DNA of 64,000 nucleotides from Eledone cirrhosa (Eukaryota): NCBI GenBank assembly GCA_964016885.1, contig OZ024741.1, positions 320,478,001 through 320,542,000 of the forward strand, read 5' to 3'. The translations under genes and the position numbers were made by a program. Numbering within the stretch: position 1 is the first letter of the stretch; each line of letters opens with the position of its first letter. Below are positions 54,006 to 64,000 of this stretch, in pieces. The notes beneath the pieces were generated by a model, which made no database searches, was not told the DNA's origin, and saw only the letters and a list, made by a program, of their open reading frames with translations.

Positions 54006-55264
54006 CTACACACACACACACACACATATATATTATAAGTTTATATAAAAACATATAAATATATATACCATATGTTTATTATGTATATATACAATAAACA
54101 TATGCAGCCTCGCCATAAAAAAATGTTTTTCTTCGTAACGTAAAAACTTATTTCTCCCTATTTATCTCTATGAATATATCATAGTTTGTCAGATGGTTGA
54201 GAATGTTTTCATATACACCCCTATTATGCTTAAACTCTGGCTGTTATTGCCAATTAATTATACTCAGCCAAGTTTCCTACAACGTTGCTGTCCGTTTAAA
54301 CTTTGGGTTATCCCTCAGCTCTCTGGGATTATCTATGACGATCACTGCAAGCATATATACTCCCGCTCTTGTACATCTTTTCATTTATATTTCTTAGTTT
54401 CGCTTTGATCAGGTTGAGGCGCCCTCCTACCCTCTGCATTTCCCTGAGGATACTGCGTAGAAAAAGAGGGGTGGAGATTAGTAGCAGCAGCAACAACCAT
54501 CTGGACTACCTTTCGAGCACTTGTGCAATGTTTGCAGTTTGTTCTGTGTGTTCTGTATATGATACATTTTGACCCACCGACTCCTGTGAAGTGGAAAGTC
54601 ATCGTCGACTTAGACAGAAAGCAATGAAGAGGATTATTGTAAAAATGTTCTGATTTCGAACAGCTATGATGTCTACCATTTCGTTGCTTCTTCTGGATTC
54701 GATAAAATAATGTACGAAATAAATATTTGTCGAGTAATCCTACCACTACCTCCACCTCACATATAATGTGTGGCCTTTTTGCCTGTGATAGAAATCATTA
54801 TGATCAATCATAAATGGTTTCGATACATGAGGAAGGTCAATGGACAGAAATTTTGCATGTTTTGCGAAACTGGCTGAAGTAAAAGATAAAGTTACCCTAA
54901 AATAGGAGATCTGCTTCGAATGTTTGCAATAGAATAGATTCTACTAGTTGTTATTGTTACCTTTGTTGTTGTTGATATTGCTGCTACTGATACTGATGAT
55001 GGTGTTGCTGGGGTTTAAAGGTAATGTTGTTATTATTTTGTTATCATTAATTTTCTTTATGCTGCTGTTATTGTTCTCAGGCATGATCGTGCAGGCCTAT
55101 AATAAAAAGCTGTTCCAACCGTGTAGCGAAGCTCTACCTTCTTACCTTTTTTTAAGACGGTAGAGTGTGGTTTTAGAGCTATTTGCCTATTATTACTTGC
55201 ATGAGGAGGGCGGTATATTGGAAGTATCTGTAGTGCACCTGACACCATACTTTGTAGCACAGAG

Positions 55265-55415
55265 TTGCGGCCGTTTACGGTCTGAGTTCAAATCGAGCTA
55301 AAGTTAGATTTGTCTTTCATCCTTCCGAGGTCGATAAAATAAAGCTGGTGTCGATTTAATCGACTGTCCCCACTCTTCCATAATTGCCGGCTTTGTGCCT
55401 ATAGCAGAAATCATT
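55265..55415 (+). mobile_element. tRNA-derived SINE (diverged, partial)
   Basis: GAGTTCAAATC..CTTTCATCCTTCCGAGGTCGATAAAATAAAG. Confidence 0.7.
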
Positions 55416-56411
55416 ATTACTAGCAGGAGGAGCGACTCTATCTTTCATTGTTTCTTTTACTTTCTGTGTTTTTTTTTATGTTGTTTTATATAGCATTACA
55501 TATTTATTTCTTTATTTTATATTTCTTATTATAAAAACTACAACAAATCGATGTTTGCTTTCCTTTCACATTCACACTAAGCGTGTTGTTGTTTTTGTTG
55601 ATTTGGTTGTCTGCTTTAGATGTTATTTTTGTCGTTGTTGGGGTGGGGTGGGTGTAATAATGTTATTGTTATTATTATAAGTATTATTGCAACACAATTC
55701 TATAGTGATCATCCCAAGACATCAATCGCTGTGACTTTCCAACTTTACTTCTTCACTGAAAATTTTCAAAGCCAATTTCATTTATCAAGTTTTTCAATCA
55801 CACAGGAGTATTACAGACTTATTGTATTGGTTGCTCCACATTTTAATATTTTTAATACTTTTTCTTTTTCAAATAATCAACAATATATCAAATAATCAAC
55901 AATATATTTAATATTATAAAAATCTTCCAAAAATCAAAGATAATCAAATGTATGACCTCTCCCAAGATATAGAATAGAGGATAGCCGTCTACTTTCACTC
56001 TGCTATCTGTGTCTCAATTCTGTATTACATTTGTGCCGGTGGCGATGAAACATTTTCTTTTGTTTCAACTCTCTGAACATACACTGCTGCCAAATCTATG
56101 ATCTTACATACGTTCTTTATATTTTTTTAAATTATATATTTCATTTCCATTACGAAATAATCATGTAACACTTTTCTATCCAATTTTCCACCTTCTCCGA
56201 TATTGATTTTATTTTCTTTTCTATTGTTGTTGCTGTTGTTTGTAGTTTTTTTTCTTTGTTTAATAACATTTCTTGTTCCTACTTATTCTTCTTTGTCATT
56301 GATCTAGCGAACACATAAACTGCTCGTCAGATTCTTTAACATATTACATTAATCCTATAACTATGATGTACCCTGTGTCTGTTACAGTAACAGACGGCTG
56401 TGCTCTACTCT

Positions 56412-56414
<3 letters not shown>

Positions 56415-56492
<78 letters not shown>

Positions 56493-56600
56493 TACATACA
56501 CATACATACACACGTATATATATATATATGCGTGTGTATGTGTGGTAAGTATGTGCGAGTGTGTGCATGTGTGTATGCATACATATATATACATACAAAC

Positions 56601-56670
<70 letters not shown>

Positions 56671-56679
56671 ATGTGTGTG

Positions 56680-56711
<32 letters not shown>

Positions 56712-56836
56712 CATACATATATATATATATATGCATACATACACACACACATATATGTATATATATGTATATATATTATATATATTATATATATATATAT
56801 ATATATATTATTGGCAACATGACCCTCCCAAAGTAT

Positions 56837-56895
<59 letters not shown>

Positions 56896-56900
56896 TATAT
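56415..56900. repeat. (TA)n compound microsatellite
   Basis: Directly visible. Confidence 0.9.
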
Positions 56901-57680
56901 AAAGAAAGAAAAGAAAGAAGAGAAAGAAAGTTAGCCCAGGAACAGTGATTCGTAGGCATAAATAATCTATTTTGAATTGTTTAAAGTGTTCAATTGTATC
57001 CACCTCCTGGTAATCCTATTTCATTGCTAAGATCACGCTGATCAATCTCATATATTGTTTCAACTTTATTTTTCATTTTCTTGTTTTATCTTTATCATCA
57101 TTCAAGTCATCCCACCATTGCTATTCTTCACTTTCGTGAAGTGATCTTATTACCTAGCTATAAGAAAAATGATTTCTCGCAGACTTTATCTATGTTCCTC
57201 TCTTTATTACAATTATTACACAACTGTCAATACCAATATATTTGGTAAAGTCTAACAGATTTTGTCAATAGCGCAAATCTTTTCTAACTTTTGGAGTAAA
57301 GCTCAAGGGCATTCATATCTCCTTTAATACTAAATCTTATAGTTTCTTGTTAATCCAGATAGTTTTGACCATATGTGAACTCAAGTCACAAAGAATTGAA
57401 ATAAATCCCCTCAAAAATGTATGCAATCTATACTTTATATTATAAGAACGAGTATTAACAGCCTATACTTTCCGATTATTGCGTCATTCCAAACTTGTCT
57501 TACCTTTCACCTCCTGAAATGCAATTGTATTAATGAATAAATAGCTCTGTATATTTAAGCTGATTGAGGCACAATTTAATACATAATTATGTGAAAATAC
57601 TTGTTTTCAGTCTACTCTTTCGATAAATCTTCAATCTCTCAGAGGTAGTTTTTTTTTTTTCTAGAAGAATATATATAATA

Positions 57681-58102
57681 GTTTCTAATTAAGGCACAAG
57701 GCCAACAATTTTTCGGGGGAAAGGGAAAGTCTATTAAATCAATCCCAGTGTGTTACTGGTGCTTTATTTATCTACACCGTAAGGATGAAAGGCAAGGCTA
57801 ACCTCGGATAGATTTGAACTCAGAACGTAAAGAGCCGTAACTCTATGCCACAAAATCGTTGTCCGACGCTCTGCCGATACTGCCATTCCACTGCCCTTCT
57901 AGAAGTAATATAATTGTTTCCACTTTTGGCACAAGGCCAGCAATTACCTCAGTGTATTACTGGTACTTTATTTTATCGACCCCATAAGGATGAAAGGCAA
58001 AGTTAACCCCGGCGGGATTTGAACTCAGAATAGCAAGGGCCGTAACTCTATACGAGAAAACAATGCGGCCCGACCCTCTACCGAAACTGCCAATCCACCA
58101 CC
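57681..58102 (-). mobile_element. Two tandem tRNA-derived SINEs
   Basis: Copies at about 57681-57896 and 57915-58102; CTAGAAGTAATATAAT duplicated at 57899-57914 and 58103-58118. Confidence 0.85.
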
Positions 58103-58673
58103 CTAGAAGTAATATAATGAAAACTATCCCCCATCAATAATTTATACATTAACAATAAACAATATATCATCGATTTCTCCCTTTATAAAGATTTTATAAC
58201 ATTTTCGTTACCCATGACTCTAAACATTTTGTTAAACATTAAGCAAGATATCTATTCTGTCACGTGTGGCAGACCTGTCAGCTTTCCCCGCCCTATGGCG
58301 AGATCTCCCATCCACTTTGGCGTAGGTGAGAGATGCCCTCTCTTGTGAAAATGGGTATAGCTTTCATTATGTAAAATCTCCCTATTTTACCTCATATTTT
58401 CCGTTTTTTCATGGTACCTCATGTTTGGGTTTCAGAGGTTGGTAGATCTGTTGTGGGGACATTCTTGTGAAGTTTGACTTCACAAAATATATTGTACTCT
58501 ATCCAGTTTCAGAGGTTTAGGTTTGCTATATTCTTCAGTCTGTTCCGTGTTTTGTCAAGTGGATTTGGTATTGCAATGTTTCTATTATATTAAGCCCTGT
58601 ACTAAATTTTTCAGGAAGAAATATTCACATTGTATCTACGAAATATTTATTCTTATCGCATTTTATTATTGCC

Positions 58674-58858
58674 TGGATTGGCAGTATCGGTAGAGGGTTG
58701 GACGCCATGCTTTGACGTTTAGAGTTACGGCCCTTGCCATTCTGAGTTCAAATCCCGCCGAGGTTAACTTTGCCTTTCATCCTTATGGGGTCGATAAAAT
58801 AAAGTACCGGTAATGCACTGGGTAATTGATGGCCTTGTGCCAAAAGTTAGAAACAAGT
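58674..58858 (+). mobile_element. tRNA-derived SINE
   Basis: A box TGGCAGTATCGGTAG, B box GAGTTCAAATCCC, family core and tail. Confidence 0.85.
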
Positions 58859-59012
58859 ATTGCCTAAGCATGTACAAATTTAATTATTTATTTTTTTATT
58901 CTAGAGTTGAAGCAATTTTATATGTGAATGTTTTAAAATTTATAGAGTTAGAAAGTGAAGTTTATTGAATTTTCGGTCGGTCTCAGTAGCTTCTAGTCAT
59001 TTTTAAACAACG

Positions 59013-59152
59013 TGACCAATGTGTATAAAACCTAATACCGCTCTCATACAGTTCAGACTATTATTTCGTGATGAGCAGAAAGTGTGTATATCTATTTTTA
59101 TAAATACGAATGAACATATATACATACATACATACATGTTGATTGGTGATTG

Positions 59153-59204
<52 letters not shown>

Positions 59205-59344
59205 CAATCACCAATCAACATATATGTATGTATGTATATATGTTCATTCGTATTTATAAAAATAGATATACACACTTTCTGCTCATCACGAAATAATAGT
59301 CTGAACCGTATGAGAGCGGTATTAGGTTTTATACACATTGGTCA
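59013..59344. repeat. 332-bp palindrome: about 140-bp inverted arms around (AT)n
   Basis: Arms differ at 2 positions seen; the ORF track shows near-identical 61-aa ORFs on the two strands. Confidence 0.95.
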
Positions 59345-62208
59345 ATGGGGGGTCCATGTATATGAAGAAATATAAAGCAATACAATGAAGAAAACAGAAA
59401 ATAAATAATAAATAGAGAATAAAGAATAAATGAAAAATTAATGAAAAAGTAATGAAAAGGTAATGAAAATGAATATGGAGAAGTGAAAAATAAAATGAAG
59501 ATTCAAATAAAGTAAGATAAAGTGTGTGTGCTATAACCAATCTCAAGGTCAGAAATATGTTGGATAGATTGGTATGAGGTACAAGATGGTAAAAGAATAA
59601 TATAATCAAATAAAATGTGTTTGTGTTATAACCAATCTCAACTTAAAAATAAATATAAGGTGATAAAGTGAAGAGAACAGAAAACAAATAACAAATTAAT
59701 AATGAGAAATCAAAATTGAAAAATTGAAAAATTGAAAAATCAAAAATTAAAATGTGTGTGTGTTATAAAGATGTTGGCCAAATTATAATGGCTGCGTCAG
59801 AATCAATCTCTAGGCTATCATGGTGTCTGCTCAGCCTGGGTTGGTCCCTATGGCTTGAGGGGAGTTCTCAACCTAGGGTGTTGTTATTGCCCATATAGCT
59901 TGAGGGAGGTCTGGCCGAGAGGTGTCTACATGTTCTGGAGAAGTCCCTATAGCTTGAGGGAGTTCACATCTTCTTGTGTTGCTACTGTCCATATATCTTG
60001 AGGGAGGTCCCGGCCCTGAGGTGTCTGCATGTCCCGAAGAAGTCGGTTCTGAGGTTTATCAGGCCGCTTCCACGTCTTAGTATCTCGAGAGTCTCGTTCA
60101 GGCATAGTTTGCATATGCAAGATCCCCCTTTATTGGGTGGTACTTTCCTGATTATGTCCCAGGCCAGAGAGTACGGGGTCCTGTCCAGCTTAAGCTTCCA
60201 GATCAGGTCGGAGAGAGCCGTGCTTTTCCTTTTGGCCTCCTTATTGAAGGAATGGCGATGGTTGAACCAGCGGTCTTTAAAGCTCGTTGATGTGGCTCCT
60301 ATGTAGAGGTGTCGGAGTTGGGGGCTTTAACCCTACAACCGTATACTAGGTTCTTCTTAAGGCATTCATTACCAAGGGGGCATGATTCGGGGTTTCTGCA
60401 GTTGCAGAGGGTTGTCGACCTCTGCGTGCCTAGATTGGGGTTCCCATTAGGTGTTACATGGTGGTCTTTCCCCAGGCACGGTGGGGGTTCGCCAGGTCTG
60501 TTTGGGTTTCTTGGGTGGGCACTGGGTCCCCCCTTCCCTCTTTTCACATGGTTCTGCTGAGTGCTTGTATTGTCATCTTCTGGTTGTGTGTGGGTTTTAA
60601 GCCTACTCCTGTTGATGCTAGCTATGTGTTGGGCCAGATTTCTCGTGGTGGAATACGAGAGCTTCACAGTGTGTCTGTTGAAGATCCTGTGGTATCTATT
60701 GTCCCTCGGGAAGCATTTATCAAGTGCTCCAAAGAATGATCGGGCCAAGCTGTTCTTTAGGGCCGCTGAGTAGGGTGGGTTGTACCACGTGATTTTTCTG
60801 TGTCTCCTCCTATATGTATGGGTCGGGGGCGTCGTGAGTTGTTGCAGATTTGTTGGGTTGCTGGTGGTTCCCGCACTGTTGCTTCCCCTTTGGGCGCTAT
60901 GCGTTTTGCTATCTTCACAGCCCGAATCTGTGGGGTGGTCGTTGCCCGCGATGGGAGATCTATCGTGGGGTGGTCCCCCCCCCCACGTGTCCTGCGGTTG
61001 GGGTCGTTCATCCTGGGGTGGTTAGCGTCACCCCTGAGACTGCTACTCATATTGGGTTTTATCTCATGGTTAAGCGTACTAGTCACCAACGCCCGTGTGG
61101 TGGTGTCGGGCTGATGGTGCCTATATGTTTCTGTTCTGCCTGTATTGTTAGGGTCCCCCCCCCGGGCAACGCGGGTGTGGGTGTCCGTTGGGCCATCCCC
61201 ATCCCGGCGTTTCGGACTATATGTTATATTTTGGCCATGTGCCGCCTTCTTTAGTGCTGCGTTGTAATATTCCGCGTTGTTATCGAATATTTCCTTACTT
61301 GCAGACAGGCTGGAGATCCTGTCCGATACACTCTTCACCACTGCCTTGGTTGTGGATCTAGGGTGGGTTGACTTGGCATTAACATACACGAGTTTCTCGT
61401 TGGGCTTGTGGTAGGGGTAGTATTGTTCGGTGTTCAGGTTTAGGGTGGTGTCTAGGAAGTTAACTACCTTCCTATTTGGGTCTAGTTCTACACTGAGCCC
61501 CTGGTTCTTAAAGAAATGGCGAATACGCCTCCTCATTCCCTCCAACATATTGGTGCTGTGGTCATATACTGTGAATAGAGCATCATCACGATATAATCCA
61601 CCGCCCAGGCAGGCGATTTCATCTTTTATCTACTTCAGTACCACCCGATAAAGGGGGATCTTGCATATGCAAACTATGCCTGAACGAGACCCTGGAGATA
61701 CTAAGAGGTGGAAGCGGCCTGATAAACCTCAGAACCGACTTCTTCGGGACATGCAGACACCTCAGGGCCAAGACTTTCCTCAAGATATATGGACAGTAGC
61801 AACACAAGAAGATGTGAACTCCCCTCAAGCTATAGGGACTTCTCCAGAACATGTAGACACCTCTCGGCCAGACCTCCCTCAAGCTATATGGGCAATAACA
61901 GCACCCTAGGTTGAGAACTCCCCTCAAGCCATAGGGACCAACCCAGGCTGAGCAGACACCATGATAGTCTGGAGATCGATTCTGGCACAGCCATTATAAT
62001 TTGGCCAACATCTTTATAACACACACATTTTAATTTACTTAATTTTTGATTTTTCAATTTTTCAATTTTTCAATTTTGATTACTCATTATTAATTTGTTA
62101 TTTGTTTTCTGTTCTCTTCACTTTATCACCTTATATTTATATAAGGTGATAAAGTGAAGAAAAAAAAAATACTTTTTCATTACTTTTTCATTAATTTTTC
62201 ATTTATTC
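59345..62208 (-). mobile_element. 5'-truncated Penelope-like element (Neptune-like) with a long inverted 3' copy
   Basis: LYRDDA, VNFLDTTLNL, PYHKPN..YVN..STHP, KITWYNPPYS, CNCR..CPL..CL..NLVY, IGATSTSFKDRWFNH, CKLCLNE, CRH; inverted repeat 59649-60144 / 61637-62140. Confidence 0.88.
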
Positions 62209-62669
62209 TCATAAGAGTCAACGGCCATCCAAAAGTGTGTAAATATGTATATAAACATGTACATATGTATGTATATGTATATGTGTATATACATGGGTGC
62301 ATATGTATGTATATGCGCGGGGACATAGAAATAGTCGGTCGGGCTGGATACCCGAATGCGTGGTTAAAACACTGGCAGTGAAGGACCCCTAGCCTTTGTC
62401 AGGGCATCCTTCTAGGAGAAGGCTACTCAGAAAACAGGGATAACTCCGATATAAAACCTGCGGCTCAGTAGTTACCGATGATGTTGATCTTTTCTTTTTT
62501 TCGGGTTATAGCTACAGTTGCTCAGAGAGTGGGATTGGCTCAGTACACAGTCTTTCCTCACTTTAAAAAATATCTTCACGCACATGCATTGAACGAGAGA
62601 ATTAACTGATAATTATTAATAATGGTATATCGTGCAATGGGCATACTTGATACCGAGGGGGCAGCCATT
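62209..62669 (+). mobile_element. Family B element (partial)
   Basis: Reverse complement of 39690-40143; (TATG)n tail. Confidence 0.78.
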
Positions 62670-62852
62670 ATGTATGTATGTATATGTAGATATCTGGACG
62701 ATTTGTAATTGAAATACGGTTATAAAATTATATCAATCCACACAAACATCGCCAGTAGGTAGTACAGAGTATCACGAAATGCGCGTTACACCTCAATAAA
62801 CGTGATGAAGATCTAATACTTCGTCCTTTTTATTATCAGTATATATAGAGAG

Positions 62853-63046
62853 AGGGCGGTGGATTGGCAGTATTGGTAGAGGGTCGGGCGCCATTTATTG
62901 ACGCATAGAGTTACGGCCCTTGCCATTCTGAGTTGAAATCCCGCCGAGGTTAACTATACCTTTCATCCTTACGGGGTCGATAAAATAAAGTACCAGAAAT
63001 ACACTGGGATAATTGCTGGCCTTGTGCCAAAAGTAAAAACAATTAT
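62853..63046 (+). mobile_element. tRNA-derived SINE (full length)
   Basis: GGGCGGTGGATTGGCAGTATTGGTAGAG head, B-box-like GAGTTGAAATCCC, core and tail. Confidence 0.85.
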
Positions 63047-63149
63047 TAGTATATAGATAGATAAATAGATAGATAGATAGATAGAGAGATAGAGAGATAG
63101 ATAGAGAGATAGATACATAAGTACACACAACAACACACACATACATATA

Positions 63150-64000
63150 CACTAGTGTGGGTACATATGGCACTTCGAAGCTAGGGTGTCGCACTAGGGC
63201 ACTACGGAAGTATGCCCTCTGTGAGTGTGTGTCTCCAAAGAAGAATGAACTGGACAGTAAATAATTATCATCATCATCATCACCATCATCTTCGTCAGCA
63301 TCCACAACATCATAATCATAATCATCGTCATCATCACTATCAACATCATTATCATCATCTTAAGATTCTGTTAAGGGATACTATGGGACTATAAGTTGGT
63401 AAAATATATCAATGGGGAGATGGTTGGTAAAATACGGCACTTCGGAGGTAGGGGCCGCACTGTGGAACTGGTGAGCTTCAATGACACCGTATGAAAATAT
63501 GGAACTAGGGTGGCCCCCCAATAGCAATGGGGAGATGGTGTGGGGAAATATCCCACTTTGAAGCTAGGGTGCCGCTCTATGGCACTGCGGATTTAGGGTG
63601 GCACACTATGGAAGTGGGAAGCTTCAGTGACAAAGTATGGAAATATGCCACTTTGAAGCTAGGGTACCGCACTATGGCACTGCGGATTTAGGGTGGCACA
63701 CTATGGAAGTGGGAAGCTTCAGTGGAACAGTATGGAAATATGTCACTTTGAAGCTAGGGTGTCGCACTATGGCACTGCGGATTTAGGGTGGCATACTATG
63801 GATGTGGGGAGCTTCAGTGACACAGTATGGAAATATGGAGTTATGGAGATCCCATATGGCAATGGGAAGATAGTGTGAGAAAATATATCACTTTAAACCT
63901 AGGGTGCCGCAGTATGGAACTGTGGAGCTAGGGTGGCACACTATGGGACTCGGTAGCTAGGGTGAAGCAGTATGGCACTGGTAAGATAGTGTGATAAAAT
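63150..64000. repeat. 95-bp minisatellite built from about 29-bp subunits
   Basis: ATGGCACTGCGGATTTAGGGTGGCA at 63579, 63674 and 63769; degenerate units on both sides; runs off the window end. Confidence 0.85.

Noticed and set aside
57000-58640. Possible very old minus-strand LINE RT remnant
   Set aside because: Only faint motif echoes; not supportable by eye
58674-58770. tRNA genes at SINE heads
   Set aside because: A/B boxes are present but there is no full cloverleaf, and they are always fused to the SINE core and tail
59240-59310. GTTCA..GAAATAATAGTC-TGAAC in the palindrome arm
   Set aside because: No CUGANGA core on either strand
63150-64000. CRISPR-like array
   Set aside because: Units repeat in full without unique spacers; eukaryotic context and no cas genes

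Overview
AT-rich eukaryotic, repeat-saturated DNA. The SINE and microsatellite repertoire suggests a coleoid cephalopod, probably an octopod (inference from memory of these repeat families). I see no supportable host protein-coding gene; most short ORFs in the track are microsatellite artefacts or antisense shadows of retrotransposon ORFs. The window is a nest of retroelements: three L1/Tx1-clade LINEs, a near-intact Dong/R4-clade LINE with a tandem second copy in (TAA)n, many decayed R4-like copies in (CATA)n, an RTE 3' fragment plus two RTE-derived non-autonomous families, about 10 tRNA-derived SINEs, two Penelope-like elements (RT + GIY-YIG) with inverted 3' copies, and a 95-bp minisatellite. 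The most interesting signal is non-coding. Five complete type I hammerhead ribozymes with a palindromic stem III lie at 411-489 (+), 33369-33409 (-), 41656-41700 (-), 42122-42166 (-) and 48160-48214 (-), with several partial ones elsewhere. Four of the five sit inside ORF-less 431-657 bp units present as slightly-more-than-one or nearly two head-to-tail copies. Two divergent units share a covarying structure and the same end point, and one has a 13-bp target-site duplication and a fold-back end. This looks like a retrozyme-like (possibly circular-RNA) family mobilised by Penelope machinery. All folds and alignments were done by eye and need computational and experimental confirmation.
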